Below, one piece after another: positions 8,048 through 19,036 of a DNA stretch of 48,195 nt. Where the stretch lies: assembly GCA_964461645.1 (NCBI GenBank), contig CAYWVG010000001.1:1-48195 (forward strand), read 5' to 3'. Numbering within the stretch: position 1 is the first letter of the stretch; every line of letters begins with the position of its first letter. The stretch comes from an uncultured Sulfurimonas sp. GTDB taxonomy: Bacteria > Campylobacterota > Campylobacteria > Campylobacterales > Sulfurimonadaceae. The position numbers and the translations under genes were made by a program. The notes under the pieces are model-generated. The model was given only the letters and a program-made list of their open reading frames with translations, had not been told where the DNA came from and did not search any database.

Positions 8048-10246
8048 TTGAAAGAGACTCTATTTATTATCACATTTGGAATTTTAATCTATCTAGGTTT
8101 TGCAACTATTTTTGGAGAGAGTGGGTTTATAGGTAGTTATGGTTCTATCTTTGCATCTTACAATCAAAAATATTTTGGCTATGTATCTTATATCTATATA
8201 TTGGCTCTACTTTTTCCTCTTTACTATCTCTACAGAGACACTTCTTATAGTCTTAGAAAATTAGAGTTAGTTTTAGCTTCTTTTTTAATATTTTCATCAC
8301 TTCTTTTAGCTCAAGCTATGCTGATAAATGACAAGTTAAGAGGTATTGCAGGTGGAGAGTTTGTTGACTTTTTAGCACCTTTTATTGGGCTTTTTGGACT
8401 TTGGGTATTTTGGTTTATCATTACTTGTGTATCTACTCTTATGTTTTTAGATAAAAGCATGCATGACATAGCATCAACCATCAGACAACTCTCTAAGAAC
8501 AAATTAAAAAAAAGAGAGAAAATAGTTTATCAAGAGTTGCCAGATAGTGGCTATGAAGAAGAAAACAACAACATCTATGATGCACCAAGCTATACAAGAG
8601 AGAGTTTTAATAAAAAAACAGATGAAGTAAAAGAGAGTAAGATAGAAGAACTTCAAAACTATGAGACAGAAGAGATAGTTCAAGAACTTTATAATAAACC
8701 AGAAGAAAAAGAGCTAGAGAATACTACACAAACTATACTAGAAGTTGCCGCAAAGATTAAAGAGAAAAAAAATGCTTTAGTTATAGATGAATTGGAAGAA
8801 AATAAAAAACTTTTAGAAGCTATGGAAAAAGGAGAAGTCGAAAAACCTAAAAATTTCATCCTTCCATCAGTAGATTTTCTAAAAAAGGTAGAAACAAAGA
8901 CTCACTCTGTAGATGAAAATGAGATAGATGATAAAATTCGCTATCTTATAGAAAAGCTTGCGCACTTTAAAATTGATGGTGATGTTGTAAGGACTTATGC
9001 CGGTCCTGTTGTCTCAACTTTTGAGTTTAAACCAGCGGCAAATGTTAAAGTAAGTAAGATTTTAAATCTTCAAGATGACCTAGCTATGGCACTCTCAGCG
9101 GAGACTATCCGCATCCAAGCTCCCATACCTGGAAAAGATGTAGTTGGCATCGAGATACCAAATGAAACAGTTGAGACTATTTATATTCGTGAACTACTTG
9201 ATTCTAAACTCTTTAAAGAGTCAGCATCTCCGCTAACTATCGCTTTGGGTAAAGATATAGTTGGGAAACCTTTTATAACTGATCTTAAAAAGCTACCGCA
9301 TCTACTAATTGCTGGAACTACAGGAAGTGGGAAAAGTGTTGGTATAAACGCTATGATACTCTCACTTTTATATAAAAACTCTCCAGATCAGCTAAGACTT
9401 CTTATGATAGACCCTAAGATGCTAGAGTTCTCCATCTACAATGGCATTCCACACCTTTTAACTCCAGTCATAACAAAGGCAAAACAAGCCATAGTAGCGC
9501 TAAACAATATGGTCTCAGAAATGGAACGCCGTTATGAACTTATGAGTGAGACAAGAACTAAAAATATTGAAAACTACAATGACAAAGTTAAGAAAGAGGG
9601 TGGCGAGCATCTTCCTTATATAGTAGTTATCATAGATGAGCTAGCAGACTTAATGATGACAAGTGGAAAAGATGTTGAGCACTCAATAGCAAGACTTGCT
9701 CAAATGGCAAGAGCATCGGGCATCCACCTGATCGTTGCAACTCAAAGACCATCTGTAGATGTTGTCACAGGACTTATAAAAGCAAACTTACCGTCTCGTA
9801 TATCATATAGAGTTGGACAAAAAGTAGATAGTAAAATCATCTTAGATCAGATGGGAGCAGAGTCGCTCCTAGGTCGTGGAGATATGCTCTTTACTCCTCC
9901 AGGATCCACTGGACTTGTAAGACTTCATGCTCCGTGGAGTTCAGAGAGTGAGATAGAAAAAATTGTAGATTTTATAAAGTCACAAAGAGGCCCTAACTAT
10001 GATAAGAGCTTTTTAGTTGAAGATGATGACTCTGATGGAAGCCAAAGAGGCGAGACATACGAAGAGTTAGATCCACTCTATGATGAGGCAAAAAGCATAG
10101 TGGTTATGGATAGAAAGACTTCTATCTCTTACTTACAAAGAAGACTCCAAGTAGGTTACAATCGCTCAGCTAGGATAGTAGAACAACTAGAAGGCGAGGG
10201 TGTATTATCTTCACCAAACAGTAAAGGGATTCGTGAGATATTATAG
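8048..10246 (+). CDS. ftsK: DNA translocase FtsK
   Basis: N-terminal TM segments, PHLLIAGTTGSGKS Walker A, IDELADLMM, ATQRPSVDV, gamma domain (LQRRLQVGYNRSAR). Confidence 0.97.
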   Translation: MKETLFIITFGILIYLGFATIFGESGFIGSYGSIFASYNQKYFGYVSYIYILALLFPLYYLYRDTSYSLRKLELVLASFLIFSSLLLAQAMLINDKLRGIAGGEFVDFLAPFIGLFGLWVFWFIITCVSTLMFLDKSMHDIASTIRQLSKNKLKKREKIVYQELPDSGYEEENNNIYDAPSYTRESFNKKTDEVKESKIEELQNYETEEIVQELYNKPEEKELENTTQTILEVAAKIKEKKNALVIDELEENKKLLEAMEKGEVEKPKNFILPSVDFLKKVETKTHSVDENEIDDKIRYLIEKLAHFKIDGDVVRTYAGPVVSTFEFKPAANVKVSKILNLQDDLAMALSAETIRIQAPIPGKDVVGIEIPNETVETIYIRELLDSKLFKESASPLTIALGKDIVGKPFITDLKKLPHLLIAGTTGSGKSVGINAMILSLLYKNSPDQLRLLMIDPKMLEFSIYNGIPHLLTPVITKAKQAIVALNNMVSEMERRYELMSETRTKNIENYNDKVKKEGGEHLPYIVVIIDELADLMMTSGKDVEHSIARLAQMARASGIHLIVATQRPSVDVVTGLIKANLPSRISYRVGQKVDSKIILDQMGAESLLGRGDMLFTPPGSTGLVRLHAPWSSESEIEKIVDFIKSQRGPNYDKSFLVEDDDSDGSQRGETYEELDPLYDEAKSIVVMDRKTSISYLQRRLQVGYNRSARIVEQLEGEGVLSSPNSKGIREIL

Positions 10247-10385
10247 TGAGAGATTGTGAAATAATCCTCACTCTTAGAACTTGGGAACGAAATTAGTTTA
10301 TCACGCCAAGTGAGGCTAAAACCTCACGGAGATACTTTAAAGCCTTATAGGACGAGGTTAAAGCTTATAGAAGTCGAGTTAAAAA
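10245..10385. repeat. short hairpins and a degenerate ~21-bp tandem repeat between convergent ftsK and fumC
   Basis: AGTGAG-AGATT..AATC-CTCACT (10245-10272), GTGAGG-CTAAAA-CCTCAC (10310-10327), TTAAAGCCTTATAGGACGAGG / TTAAAGCTTATAGAAGTCGAG (10337-10378). Confidence 0.5.
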
Positions 10386-10391
10386 AGAAAT

Positions 10392-11789
10392 TTATAGCTC
10401 TTTAGGGCTTATCATGTTTTTTGGAACTACCCACTCCTTAAATTGTTCTTCTGTTACAAGTCCAAGTGCTAGTGCAGCCTCAAGCAGAGTTGAACCATCT
10501 TTATGGGCTTTTTTAGCTATTTTTGTAGCGTTATCGTATCCTATATGAGGATTTAGTGCAGTTACGAGCATAAGTGACTCATCTCTTAGTTTTGCTATAC
10601 GCTCTTCATTAGCCGTTATACCTTCTATACATCTAGCAGTAAAACTTTGGCATCCATCACTAAGTAGGCGGATCGATTGAAGCAGATTGTAAATCATGAC
10701 TGGCTTAAATACATTTAACTCAAAATGTCCGTTCGAGCCTGCTATGGAGATAGTTGTATGATTTCCCATCACTTGTGCTGATATCATTGTCAGAGCTTCG
10801 CTTTGTGTAGGGTTTACTTTTCCAGGCATGATGGAGGAACCAGGTTCATTCTCAGCCAGACTTATCTCCCCAATACCGCATCTAGGTCCAGATGCCAAAA
10901 ACCGAATATCATTGGCAATTTTCATCATACTTACAGCTATGGTATTTAAAGCTCCACTTGCTTCAACGATAGCATCATGAGCAGCTAGTGCTTCAAATTT
11001 ATTTTGGGCTGTGACAAAGGGAATGTTTATAGTTTTAGCAACTTGCGCGGCAAATGCTTTATCGAAGCCTTTTACTGAGTTCATTCCAGTACCAACAGCA
11101 GTTCCTCCTTGTGCTAACTGAAGCAGAGCAGGAAGTATAGCTTTAACTCTACGGATAGAGTTGGCTACTTGTGCACTGTAGCCTGAAAACTCTTGTCCTA
11201 AAGTTAAAGGTGTGGCATCTTGAGTATGCGTACGGCCAATTTTAACAATATGCTCGAATGACTTAGATTTTTTATCTAGCTCTGCGTGCATATATTTTAA
11301 AGCGGGTAGCAGTTTGTTTGTAATCTCTTCAACTGCCGCTATATGCATAGCTGTTGGAAACACATCGTTTGAGGATTGACCCATATTGCAGTGGTCATTT
11401 GGATGGACTGGATCTTTTGAACCAATAACACCACCTAAAATCTCAATTGCTCGATTAGATATTACTTCATTTGCATTCATGTTACTTTGAGTACCAGAAC
11501 CTGTTTGCCACACTGAGAGAGGAAAGTGTTCATCAAACTTACCCTCCATAACTTCACCGGCTGCCTCAATAATTGCTTTTGCTATCTTAGCTTCTAGAAG
11601 ACCTAAATCCATATTGACCTTAGCACATGATTGTTTTACTATTGCTAATGCCCTTATAAGAGGCTTTGGCATAGTTTCTACTCCTATGGGAAAGTTTATA
11701 AGTGACCTTGCAGATTGCGCACCGTAGTACATATCTGAGGGTACTTCAAGCCTACCAAATGAATCACTCTCTTCTCTAAATAAGTTCAT
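10392..11789 (-). CDS. fumC: class II fumarate hydratase
   Basis: [41 protein letters not shown] signature. ATG at 11789 follows a GGAG RBS. Confidence 0.97.
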   Translation of the reverse strand: MNLFREESDSFGRLEVPSDMYYGAQSARSLINFPIGVETMPKPLIRALAIVKQSCAKVNMDLGLLEAKIAKAIIEAAGEVMEGKFDEHFPLSVWQTGSGTQSNMNANEVISNRAIEILGGVIGSKDPVHPNDHCNMGQSSNDVFPTAMHIAAVEEITNKLLPALKYMHAELDKKSKSFEHIVKIGRTHTQDATPLTLGQEFSGYSAQVANSIRRVKAILPALLQLAQGGTAVGTGMNSVKGFDKAFAAQVAKTINIPFVTAQNKFEALAAHDAIVEASGALNTIAVSMMKIANDIRFLASGPRCGIGEISLAENEPGSSIMPGKVNPTQSEALTMISAQVMGNHTTISIAGSNGHFELNVFKPVMIYNLLQSIRLLSDGCQSFTARCIEGITANEERIAKLRDESLMLVTALNPHIGYDNATKIAKKAHKDGSTLLEAALALGLVTEEQFKEWVVPKNMISPKEL

Positions 11790-11856
11790 AATATGCTCCA
11801 TTACTAATATATAAAGTAAATATTAGCATAAAAAATAATATTGGAGAATTTTGTGC

Positions 11857-11915
11857 TGTTACTAATATACACATATAAAGGTGAATATACTTAAAATATG
11901 AGTATATTAGTAACA
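11857..11915. promoter_or_regulatory. inverted repeat in the divergent fumC/acnB promoter region
   Basis: TGTTACTAATATAC (11857-11870) and its exact reverse complement (11902-11915). Confidence 0.55.
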
Positions 11916-11977
11916 CTCTTTATTTTGAGTTTACTTATTAGGTTATAATCATTCAAATTAAATATACAGGATTAACT

Positions 11978-14521
11978 ATGGCATTTATGCAAGATTATAA
12001 AGCACATGTAAATGAGAGAGAAGCACTAGGTGTTCCTCCATTACCTCTAAGTGCAGAGCAAACAGCAGAAGTTATTGAGCTTATAAAGAGTGATTGCACA
12101 GATGAATTACTTGATTTACTGACAAATCGTGTATCGCCTGGAGTTGATGATGCAGCTTATGTTAAGGCGGCATTTTTAAATGATATTGCCAACGAGAATG
12201 TTAAAATAGAAGCAATATCTCCTCAAAGAGCAGTTGAAATGCTAGGCATGATGCTAGGTGGCTACAATGTTAAACCTATGATAGATGCATTGAAATCTTC
12301 AAACAAAGATGTAGTCAGTGCAGCTACAGAAGCGCTATCTCACACTCTTCTTGTTTATGATGCATTTAATGATGTAGAAGAGTTACACAAAGCTGGTAAC
12401 AAGGCTGCAACTGAAGTTATGACTTCATGGGCGAATGCTGAGTGGTTTACCTCAAAGCCAAAGCTAGCAGATAAAATCACTGTAACAGTTTTTAAAGTAG
12501 ATGGCGAGACAAATACTGATGATTTATCTCCTGCATCAGAAGCTTTTACTCGTTCAGATATTCCAGTCCATGCTAACTCAATGTTAACTGCTAAGATGGA
12601 TGATCCTATGGGCATTATAGCTGAGCTTAAGAAAAAAGGTAACACTGTAGCTTATGTAGGCGATGTTGTTGGAACAGGAAGCTCAAGAAAATCAGGTATA
12701 AACTCGGTTCAGTGGCATATGGGAGAGAGCATAAAAGGTGTTCCAAACAAAAAAACTGGCGGTGTGGTTTTAGGTAGCACAATTGCTCCAATCTTTTTTG
12801 CAACTGCTGAGGATTCTGGTGCTTTGCCACTTGAACTTGATGTATCAGAGATGGAGATGGGCGATGTTATAGAGCTCTATCCATATAAAGGTGAAGCTCA
12901 CAAAAACGGCAAGTGCATTGCTACTTTTAAACTAAATCCTAACACTATAACAGATGAAGTTAGAGCTGGGGGGCGTATCCCGCTTATTATCGGCAGAGGA
13001 TTAACTTCTAAAGCTCGCAGCGTTTTAAAAATGCCTCAAAGTGATATATTTCTAACAGCAGAGCAACCAGCTGATAGCGGCAAAGGATATACTCTAGCTC
13101 AAAAGATGGTAGGTCGTGCATCTGGACTAGCTGGAGTTCGCCCAGGTATGTACGTAGAACCTGAGATGTCAACTGTTGGTTCTCAAGATACAACTGGACC
13201 AATGACTCGTGATGAGATAAAAGAACTCGCAGCTCTTGGCTTTAATGCAGATCTCGTTATGCAATCTTTTTGCCATACGGCAGCTTATCCAAAGCCATCA
13301 GATATAACTATGCATCATACTCTGCCTGACTTTATGTCAAACCGTTCTGGTGTAGCACTTCGCCCAGGTGATGGAGTTATCCACTCATGGTTAAACAGAA
13401 TGGTTCTACCAGATAGTGTAGGAACTGGAGCAGATAGTCATACTCGTTTTCCAATAGGAATCTCCTTTCCTGGAGGCTCTGGAATAGTTGCTTTTGCAGG
13501 TGTAACTGGCTCTATGCCACTTACGATGCCAGAGTCTGTTTTAGTGCGTTTTAGTGGAGAGATGCAACCAGGTATCACACTTCGTGACCTTGTAAATGCT
13601 ATACCGCATCAAGCTATAAAAGAGGGGCTTTTAACAGTTGAGAAAAAGGGTAAGAAAAACATCTTTGCAGGTCGCATCTTAGAGATTGAGGGCTTACCAA
13701 CTCTAAAGGCTGAGCAAGCGTTTGAGCTCTCAGATGCTTCGGCTGAGAGAAGTGCAGCGGCTTGTACAGTTCTACTAGATAACGAGCCAGTTATAGAGTA
13801 CCTAAAATCAAATGTAACTCTACTAGAGTCTATGATTGAAGCTGGTTATGAAGACAAAAGAACGATTCAAAGACGAATAGATAAGATGAAGGAATGGTTA
13901 GCAAATCCTACTCTTATGAAGCCAGATGCAGATGCAGAGTATGCAGCTGTTTTAGAGATCAACTTAAATGAGATTAAAGAGCCAATTATCGCTTGTCCAA
14001 ACGATCCAGATGATGTTGCAACTCTAAGTGAAGTACTAGCATCTAACAGACCTCACAAGATAGACGAAGTTTTTGTTGGTTCATGTATGACAAATATCGG
14101 TCACTATCGTGCTTTAGGCGAAGTACTAAAAGGCGAGGGCCCTGTTCCTACTAGACTTTGGGTTTGCCCTCCAACTAAGATGGATGAAAAACAGCTAACT
14201 GAGGATGGTTACTACGCTATCTTTGGTGCGGCTGGTGCTAGAACTGAGATACCAGGGTGTTCGTTATGTATGGGTAATCAAGCGAGAGTTGAGGATAACG
14301 CTATAGTCTTCTCAACTTCAACTCGTAACTTTGATAACCGTTTGGGTAAGGGCGCTCAAGTATATCTAGGCTCAGCAGAACTAGCGGCTGTTTGTGCGAT
14401 ACTAGGTCGTCTTCCAACTGCTGCAGAGTATATAGAAAAAACTAAAAAGATTGTTGGAAAAGAGGGAGAGATTTATAAATATCTGAATTTTAACCTTATA
14501 AAAGACTACAAACTAGCTTAA
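11978..14521 (+). CDS. acnB: aconitate hydratase B
   Basis: HEAT-like N-terminus, [24 protein letters not shown], and Fe-S ligand motifs GSCMTN and GCSLCMGNQ. Confidence 0.97.
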   Translation: MAFMQDYKAHVNEREALGVPPLPLSAEQTAEVIELIKSDCTDELLDLLTNRVSPGVDDAAYVKAAFLNDIANENVKIEAISPQRAVEMLGMMLGGYNVKPMIDALKSSNKDVVSAATEALSHTLLVYDAFNDVEELHKAGNKAATEVMTSWANAEWFTSKPKLADKITVTVFKVDGETNTDDLSPASEAFTRSDIPVHANSMLTAKMDDPMGIIAELKKKGNTVAYVGDVVGTGSSRKSGINSVQWHMGESIKGVPNKKTGGVVLGSTIAPIFFATAEDSGALPLELDVSEMEMGDVIELYPYKGEAHKNGKCIATFKLNPNTITDEVRAGGRIPLIIGRGLTSKARSVLKMPQSDIFLTAEQPADSGKGYTLAQKMVGRASGLAGVRPGMYVEPEMSTVGSQDTTGPMTRDEIKELAALGFNADLVMQSFCHTAAYPKPSDITMHHTLPDFMSNRSGVALRPGDGVIHSWLNRMVLPDSVGTGADSHTRFPIGISFPGGSGIVAFAGVTGSMPLTMPESVLVRFSGEMQPGITLRDLVNAIPHQAIKEGLLTVEKKGKKNIFAGRILEIEGLPTLKAEQAFELSDASAERSAAACTVLLDNEPVIEYLKSNVTLLESMIEAGYEDKRTIQRRIDKMKEWLANPTLMKPDADAEYAAVLEINLNEIKEPIIACPNDPDDVATLSEVLASNRPHKIDEVFVGSCMTNIGHYRALGEVLKGEGPVPTRLWVCPPTKMDEKQLTEDGYYAIFGAAGARTEIPGCSLCMGNQARVEDNAIVFSTSTRNFDNRLGKGAQVYLGSAELAAVCAILGRLPTAAEYIEKTKKIVGKEGEIYKYLNFNLIKDYKLA

Positions 14522-14529
14522 GTTTATAC

Positions 14530-14555
14530 AGAGATGGAGTTAAATCTTCATCTCT
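14530..14555. terminator. hairpin between convergent acnB and lolA
   Basis: AGAGATGGAG-TTAAAT-CTTCATCTCT. Confidence 0.55.
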
Positions 14556-15070
14556 TAGTCTCTAATCACATCAAAATCTAACGGGTAATTTGGCGTAAAA
14601 ATCTCTTTCTTAATCTCTTTGTTTTGCACTTGATTAAAAAACTCTATCTTAACTTTATTTTCAAACTCATCTATATATGAAATAGATTCAATAAAATCTT
14701 CTTTTGTAGTTATTATAAACATTTTTTTTTCAAAACTAGCTTCATACATATCTTTTTTTATCTCTCTAGCGTTTTTTATCATTTTGAAAAAATCTAAACT
14801 AGAATCTATACTTCTTATGATAACTTGCTCTATTTCAGGTTCAACAATTGTTACTTGATGGCTATTTATATAGACATCTTTTTGAATTGGTTCTTTGTAT
14901 TTCCACAAAGCATTTTGTGGTTTTGAAGCAGTTATATGGCCCTTATAGGTTAGCGTTTTATTTTTATCATCAGTCACACTTTGAGTAAATGCGGCATCAA
15001 AAGAGCGCAGGGTGTCAAAGGATGCAAAGCTAAGAGAGAAGCTAAAGAGCAGTAGATATACATGTTTCAT
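14555..15070 (-). CDS. lolA: periplasmic lipoprotein chaperone LolA
   Basis: Signal peptide, SFDAAFTQ, KPQNALWKYKEP, IVEPEIEQV; divergent from secA as in other Campylobacterota. Confidence 0.88.
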   Translation of the reverse strand: MKHVYLLLFSFSLSFASFDTLRSFDAAFTQSVTDDKNKTLTYKGHITASKPQNALWKYKEPIQKDVYINSHQVTIVEPEIEQVIIRSIDSSLDFFKMIKNAREIKKDMYEASFEKKMFIITTKEDFIESISYIDEFENKVKIEFFNQVQNKEIKKEIFTPNYPLDFDVIRD

Positions 15071-15245
15071 AAAGTTCCTTTTTTTAAAATTATATCTAAG
15101 GGGCTGTTTACATATTATTTAGTATAAGCTTTAAAATAACTCATTTTAGGATTTATGCTTATTATAATTATTAGTGTGTTAAAATGTCGGCAATTTCGAT
15201 GATTGCTATGCACTTGTTGTGTACCAATCTGTATTAAGGTTGAGA

Positions 15246-17834
15246 ATGCTACAGGCATTAATGGGTAAGATCTTTGGAACTTCAAATGATCGTGAACTAA
15301 AAAAGTACGCTAAAAGAGTAGAAAATATAAATGCTTTAGAGAGTAAGTATGAAGCGCTAAGCGATGATGAGCTTAAAGCTGCATTTAACGAGCTAAGAAG
15401 TAGTGTTTTAGAAGATGCTAAGAGTTTAGATGATGTCCTAGAAGACTCATTTGCAATCACTAGAGAAGTTGGCAAAAGAGTCTTAAATATGAGGCATTTT
15501 GATGTTCAGCTTATTGGTGGCATGGTTCTTCATGAAGGTAGAATTGCTGAGATGAAAACAGGAGAGGGTAAGACACTTGTTGCAACTCTCCCTATAGTTT
15601 TAAATGCAATGACAGGCCGTGGCGTGCATTTAGTTACAGTCAATGATTATCTTGCATCTAGAGATGCTACTGAAATGGGACAATTGTATAACTTTCTAGG
15701 TTTTTCAGTTGGTATGGTCTTAGAGAGTAACTCTGAACCAGAGAAAAAAAGAGAAGCTTATAGATGTGATATTACATATGGTACAAATAATGAGTTTGGC
15801 TTTGATTATCTAAGAGATAACATGAGTTACTCTTCTGAACATATGGCTCAAAGAAACCATAACTTTGTGATAGTCGATGAAGTCGATAGTATTCTTATAG
15901 ATGAGGCAAGAACTCCACTCATAATCTCAGGTCCAACAAACAGGGCATTAGAAGATTATAAAATAGCCGATGGCATAGCTATGAAACTAAAAAGAGATGA
16001 GCACTTTACTGTTGATGAAAAAGATAAGGTTGTACTTATCACAGAAGAGGGCATCACAAAAGCTGAAGAGCTTTTTGGCGTTGAAAACCTTTATAGTGTA
16101 GAAAACTCATCTCTTCCACATGCACTAGACCAAGCTTTAAAAGCAAATTATCTTTTTGAAAAAGATGTTGATTATGTTGTAAATGATGGAGAAGTTGTCA
16201 TCGTTGATGAATTTACAGGAAGACTTAGTGAAGGTCGTCGCTTTAGCGAGGGGCTCCATCAAGCACTTGAAGCTAAAGAAAATGTAGAGATAAAAGAAGA
16301 AACTCAAACTCTAGCAGATATAACATTTCAAAACTACTTTAGAATGTATGATAAGCTAGCAGGAATGACTGGAACTGCAGAGACTGAAGCTACTGAATTT
16401 TCCCAAATTTATTCAATAGATGTTGTTTCAATTCCTACAAATATTCCTATTACTAGAAAGGATTTAAATGACCTTATTTATAAAACAGAAAAAGAGAAGT
16501 TTGGTGCAGTTGTAGAGACTATAAAAAAACTTTCAAAAACAGGTCAACCTGTTCTTATTGGTACTGCATCTATAGAGAAGTCAGAAGCTCTACATGAAGT
16601 ACTAAAAAAAGAAAAAATAGCACACACTGTGTTAAATGCTAAAAATCACGCACAAGAGGGTGAGATCATTAAACACGCTGGGGCTAAGGGTGCAGTAACC
16701 ATTGCTACAAACATGGCTGGCCGTGGTGTCGATATTAAAGTTAGCGATGAAGTAAGAGCTCTTGGAGGTCTTTATATCATAGGAACAGAGAGACATGAAA
16801 ACCGACGAATAGACAACCAACTTCGCGGTCGTAGTGGTCGCCAAGGAGATGCTGGAACTACCCAGTTTTACCTATCACTAGAAGATAACCTTCTTCGTAT
16901 ATTTGGCTCTGATAAGATAAAGTCTATCATGGAGAGACTCGGAGTTGAAGATGGAGAGTATATAGAGTCAAAAATGGTTACTCGTGCGGTAGAAAAAGCT
17001 CAAATGAAAGTTGAAAACATGCACTACGAAGGTAGAAAGCAGATAGTTGAGTATGATGATGTTGCAAATGAGCAGAGAAAGATCGTTTATAAATTTAGAA
17101 ATCAACTCTTAGATAAAGAGTATGATATCGACTCTAGGATAGACACAATTAGAGTTGACTACATCAGTAACTTACTCAATATTTGTGGCATCTTTGATGG
17201 GGGAGAAGACTTTAATATAAAAAGAGTTTCTGAAATTTTAAAAGAGGAGTTAAACTTTGACTTGAAGGTTGAAGAATTTTCATCTTTAGAGTTTGAAGAA
17301 CTTCTTGAGAAATTAGTTGAAGTTGTTAAAAAATCTTATGATGATAAAATGAGTATTTTAGAAGAAGACATTCGTTCAGATATTGTAAGAGAACTCTACC
17401 TAAAAGAGTTAGATAGTGCTTGGAGAGAGCATCTCTATGCTATGGATAACATGAAAACTGGAATCAGACTTCGTGCATATAATCAAAAAGATCCATTAGT
17501 TGAGTACAAAAAAGAGAGTTTCAATCTATTTGGTGAGCTCATAGCAGATATGAAATTTAATGCTATAAAAACTCTTCAGATCATTCAATTTAGAATGGAT
17601 TCTGCTGAGGAAGAAGCTGCAAATGTAGCACAGCAGATGGAAATTCAAAGAAAATTTGATGAAGCTGCTATGATATTTAATCACTCACAAAATAAAGAGT
17701 CAGAATCATCTGAGAAAAAAGTAGCTAGAAATGAACCTTGTCCTTGTGGAAGTGGTAAAAAGTACAAACTATGCTGCGGTAAAAGTGGTCCCAAAAAGGG
17801 GGTATTTGCCAAAAACGGTACACTTGCCTCTTGA
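15246..17834 (+). CDS. secA: preprotein translocase ATPase SecA
   Basis: [41 protein letters not shown]-terminal [13 protein letters not shown]. Start placed at ATG 15246. Confidence 0.98.
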   Translation: MLQALMGKIFGTSNDRELKKYAKRVENINALESKYEALSDDELKAAFNELRSSVLEDAKSLDDVLEDSFAITREVGKRVLNMRHFDVQLIGGMVLHEGRIAEMKTGEGKTLVATLPIVLNAMTGRGVHLVTVNDYLASRDATEMGQLYNFLGFSVGMVLESNSEPEKKREAYRCDITYGTNNEFGFDYLRDNMSYSSEHMAQRNHNFVIVDEVDSILIDEARTPLIISGPTNRALEDYKIADGIAMKLKRDEHFTVDEKDKVVLITEEGITKAEELFGVENLYSVENSSLPHALDQALKANYLFEKDVDYVVNDGEVVIVDEFTGRLSEGRRFSEGLHQALEAKENVEIKEETQTLADITFQNYFRMYDKLAGMTGTAETEATEFSQIYSIDVVSIPTNIPITRKDLNDLIYKTEKEKFGAVVETIKKLSKTGQPVLIGTASIEKSEALHEVLKKEKIAHTVLNAKNHAQEGEIIKHAGAKGAVTIATNMAGRGVDIKVSDEVRALGGLYIIGTERHENRRIDNQLRGRSGRQGDAGTTQFYLSLEDNLLRIFGSDKIKSIMERLGVEDGEYIESKMVTRAVEKAQMKVENMHYEGRKQIVEYDDVANEQRKIVYKFRNQLLDKEYDIDSRIDTIRVDYISNLLNICGIFDGGEDFNIKRVSEILKEELNFDLKVEEFSSLEFEELLEKLVEVVKKSYDDKMSILEEDIRSDIVRELYLKELDSAWREHLYAMDNMKTGIRLRAYNQKDPLVEYKKESFNLFGELIADMKFNAIKTLQIIQFRMDSAEEEAANVAQQMEIQRKFDEAAMIFNHSQNKESESSEKKVARNEPCPCGSGKKYKLCCGKSGPKKGVFAKNGTLAS

Positions 17835-19033
17835 GAGCATCCCTCGTACCTTATCTTGTCAAGCGATTCCTTCGCTTTGACAAAGACCAGCCATTTATCT
17901 TCTTATCTGCACTACTAGCTTTTTTAGGTATAACATTAGGTGTGATGGTTCTTATTGTAGCTATGGCACTTATGAATGGTTTTGACAAAGAATTTAAGAA
18001 AAAACTTACCATTATGAACTATCCACTTACAGTTATTCCAAAATTTTATGGTGCGGTAAATGAAGAACTACTCCTAAATCTACAAACAAAATTTCCAAAT
18101 CTTGAGTTTAGCCCATATGTTCAATCTGCTATTATGGCTAGAAGTGGCTCAAAGTTAGAGGGTGGATATATTTTTGGCGTAAACTTTGAAGATGAAGCAA
18201 AGGTGAATAGTGTTTTGGCAAAGGCTATAAAAAATGAACACTTTTCAAAGTTTGATGTACTTGTTGGGAAGAGTTTAAAAGATGAGTTTAACTTATATGT
18301 TGATGATAAACTTATGTATATTTTTACTCATGTAGAACCAGGTGGGCTATCTGTTACACCAAAAATAAAACGCTTTAAGGTAAAAGGCATCTTCGATTCA
18401 GGACTTAGTGCTTATGACAAGGCTTATAGCTATACGACACTCTCTTCAATGCAATCGATGTTAGGACTTGCATCTAATCAGTATGATGGAATTCATATAT
18501 ACTCAAACGATCCTCATAAAGATATATTAAAAATCAAAGAATCTTTGCCAGTTAGTGTGAGCGTTAAAGGTTGGTGGGAGGATAATGTAAACTTTTTTGC
18601 AGCCCTAGAACTTGAGAAAGCTTCTCTTTTTATAGTGTTAATGCTAATCATTTTAATAGCAGCTATAAACATAATCTCTTCTTTGCTTATGACTGTGATG
18701 AACAGAAGAAGCGAGATAGCTCTACTTCTCTCACTAGGGGCTACAACAATAGAGATTAAGAAAATTTTTTTATATCTTGGTATAGTTATCGGGGTAAGTG
18801 GAATCCTAGCTGGTATAGCTTTTGGAATGAGTGGTTTGTGGATACTAAGCACTTTTGATATTGTATCTTTGCCAAAAGATGTATATCCTACAACTACACT
18901 TCCACTAGATTTGAGTCTTAAAGACTTCTCTCTTATAGTTATTGGTGCATTTGTTATTGTAATCGCATCTTCTTATTATCCTGCTAAAAAAGCTAGCGAG
19001 GTAGATATCCTTAGAGTTTTAAGAAACGAATAG
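17831..19033 (+). CDS. lolE: lipoprotein-releasing ABC transporter permease (LolC/LolE, LolF type)
   Basis: [19 protein letters not shown], periplasmic domain, FtsX-like C-terminus ([13 protein letters not shown]...YPAKKA). Confidence 0.9.
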   Translation: MRASLVPYLVKRFLRFDKDQPFIFLSALLAFLGITLGVMVLIVAMALMNGFDKEFKKKLTIMNYPLTVIPKFYGAVNEELLLNLQTKFPNLEFSPYVQSAIMARSGSKLEGGYIFGVNFEDEAKVNSVLAKAIKNEHFSKFDVLVGKSLKDEFNLYVDDKLMYIFTHVEPGGLSVTPKIKRFKVKGIFDSGLSAYDKAYSYTTLSSMQSMLGLASNQYDGIHIYSNDPHKDILKIKESLPVSVSVKGWWEDNVNFFAALELEKASLFIVLMLIILIAAINIISSLLMTVMNRRSEIALLLSLGATTIEIKKIFLYLGIVIGVSGILAGIAFGMSGLWILSTFDIVSLPKDVYPTTTLPLDLSLKDFSLIVIGAFVIVIASSYYPAKKASEVDILRVLRNE

Positions 19034-19036
19034 TTT

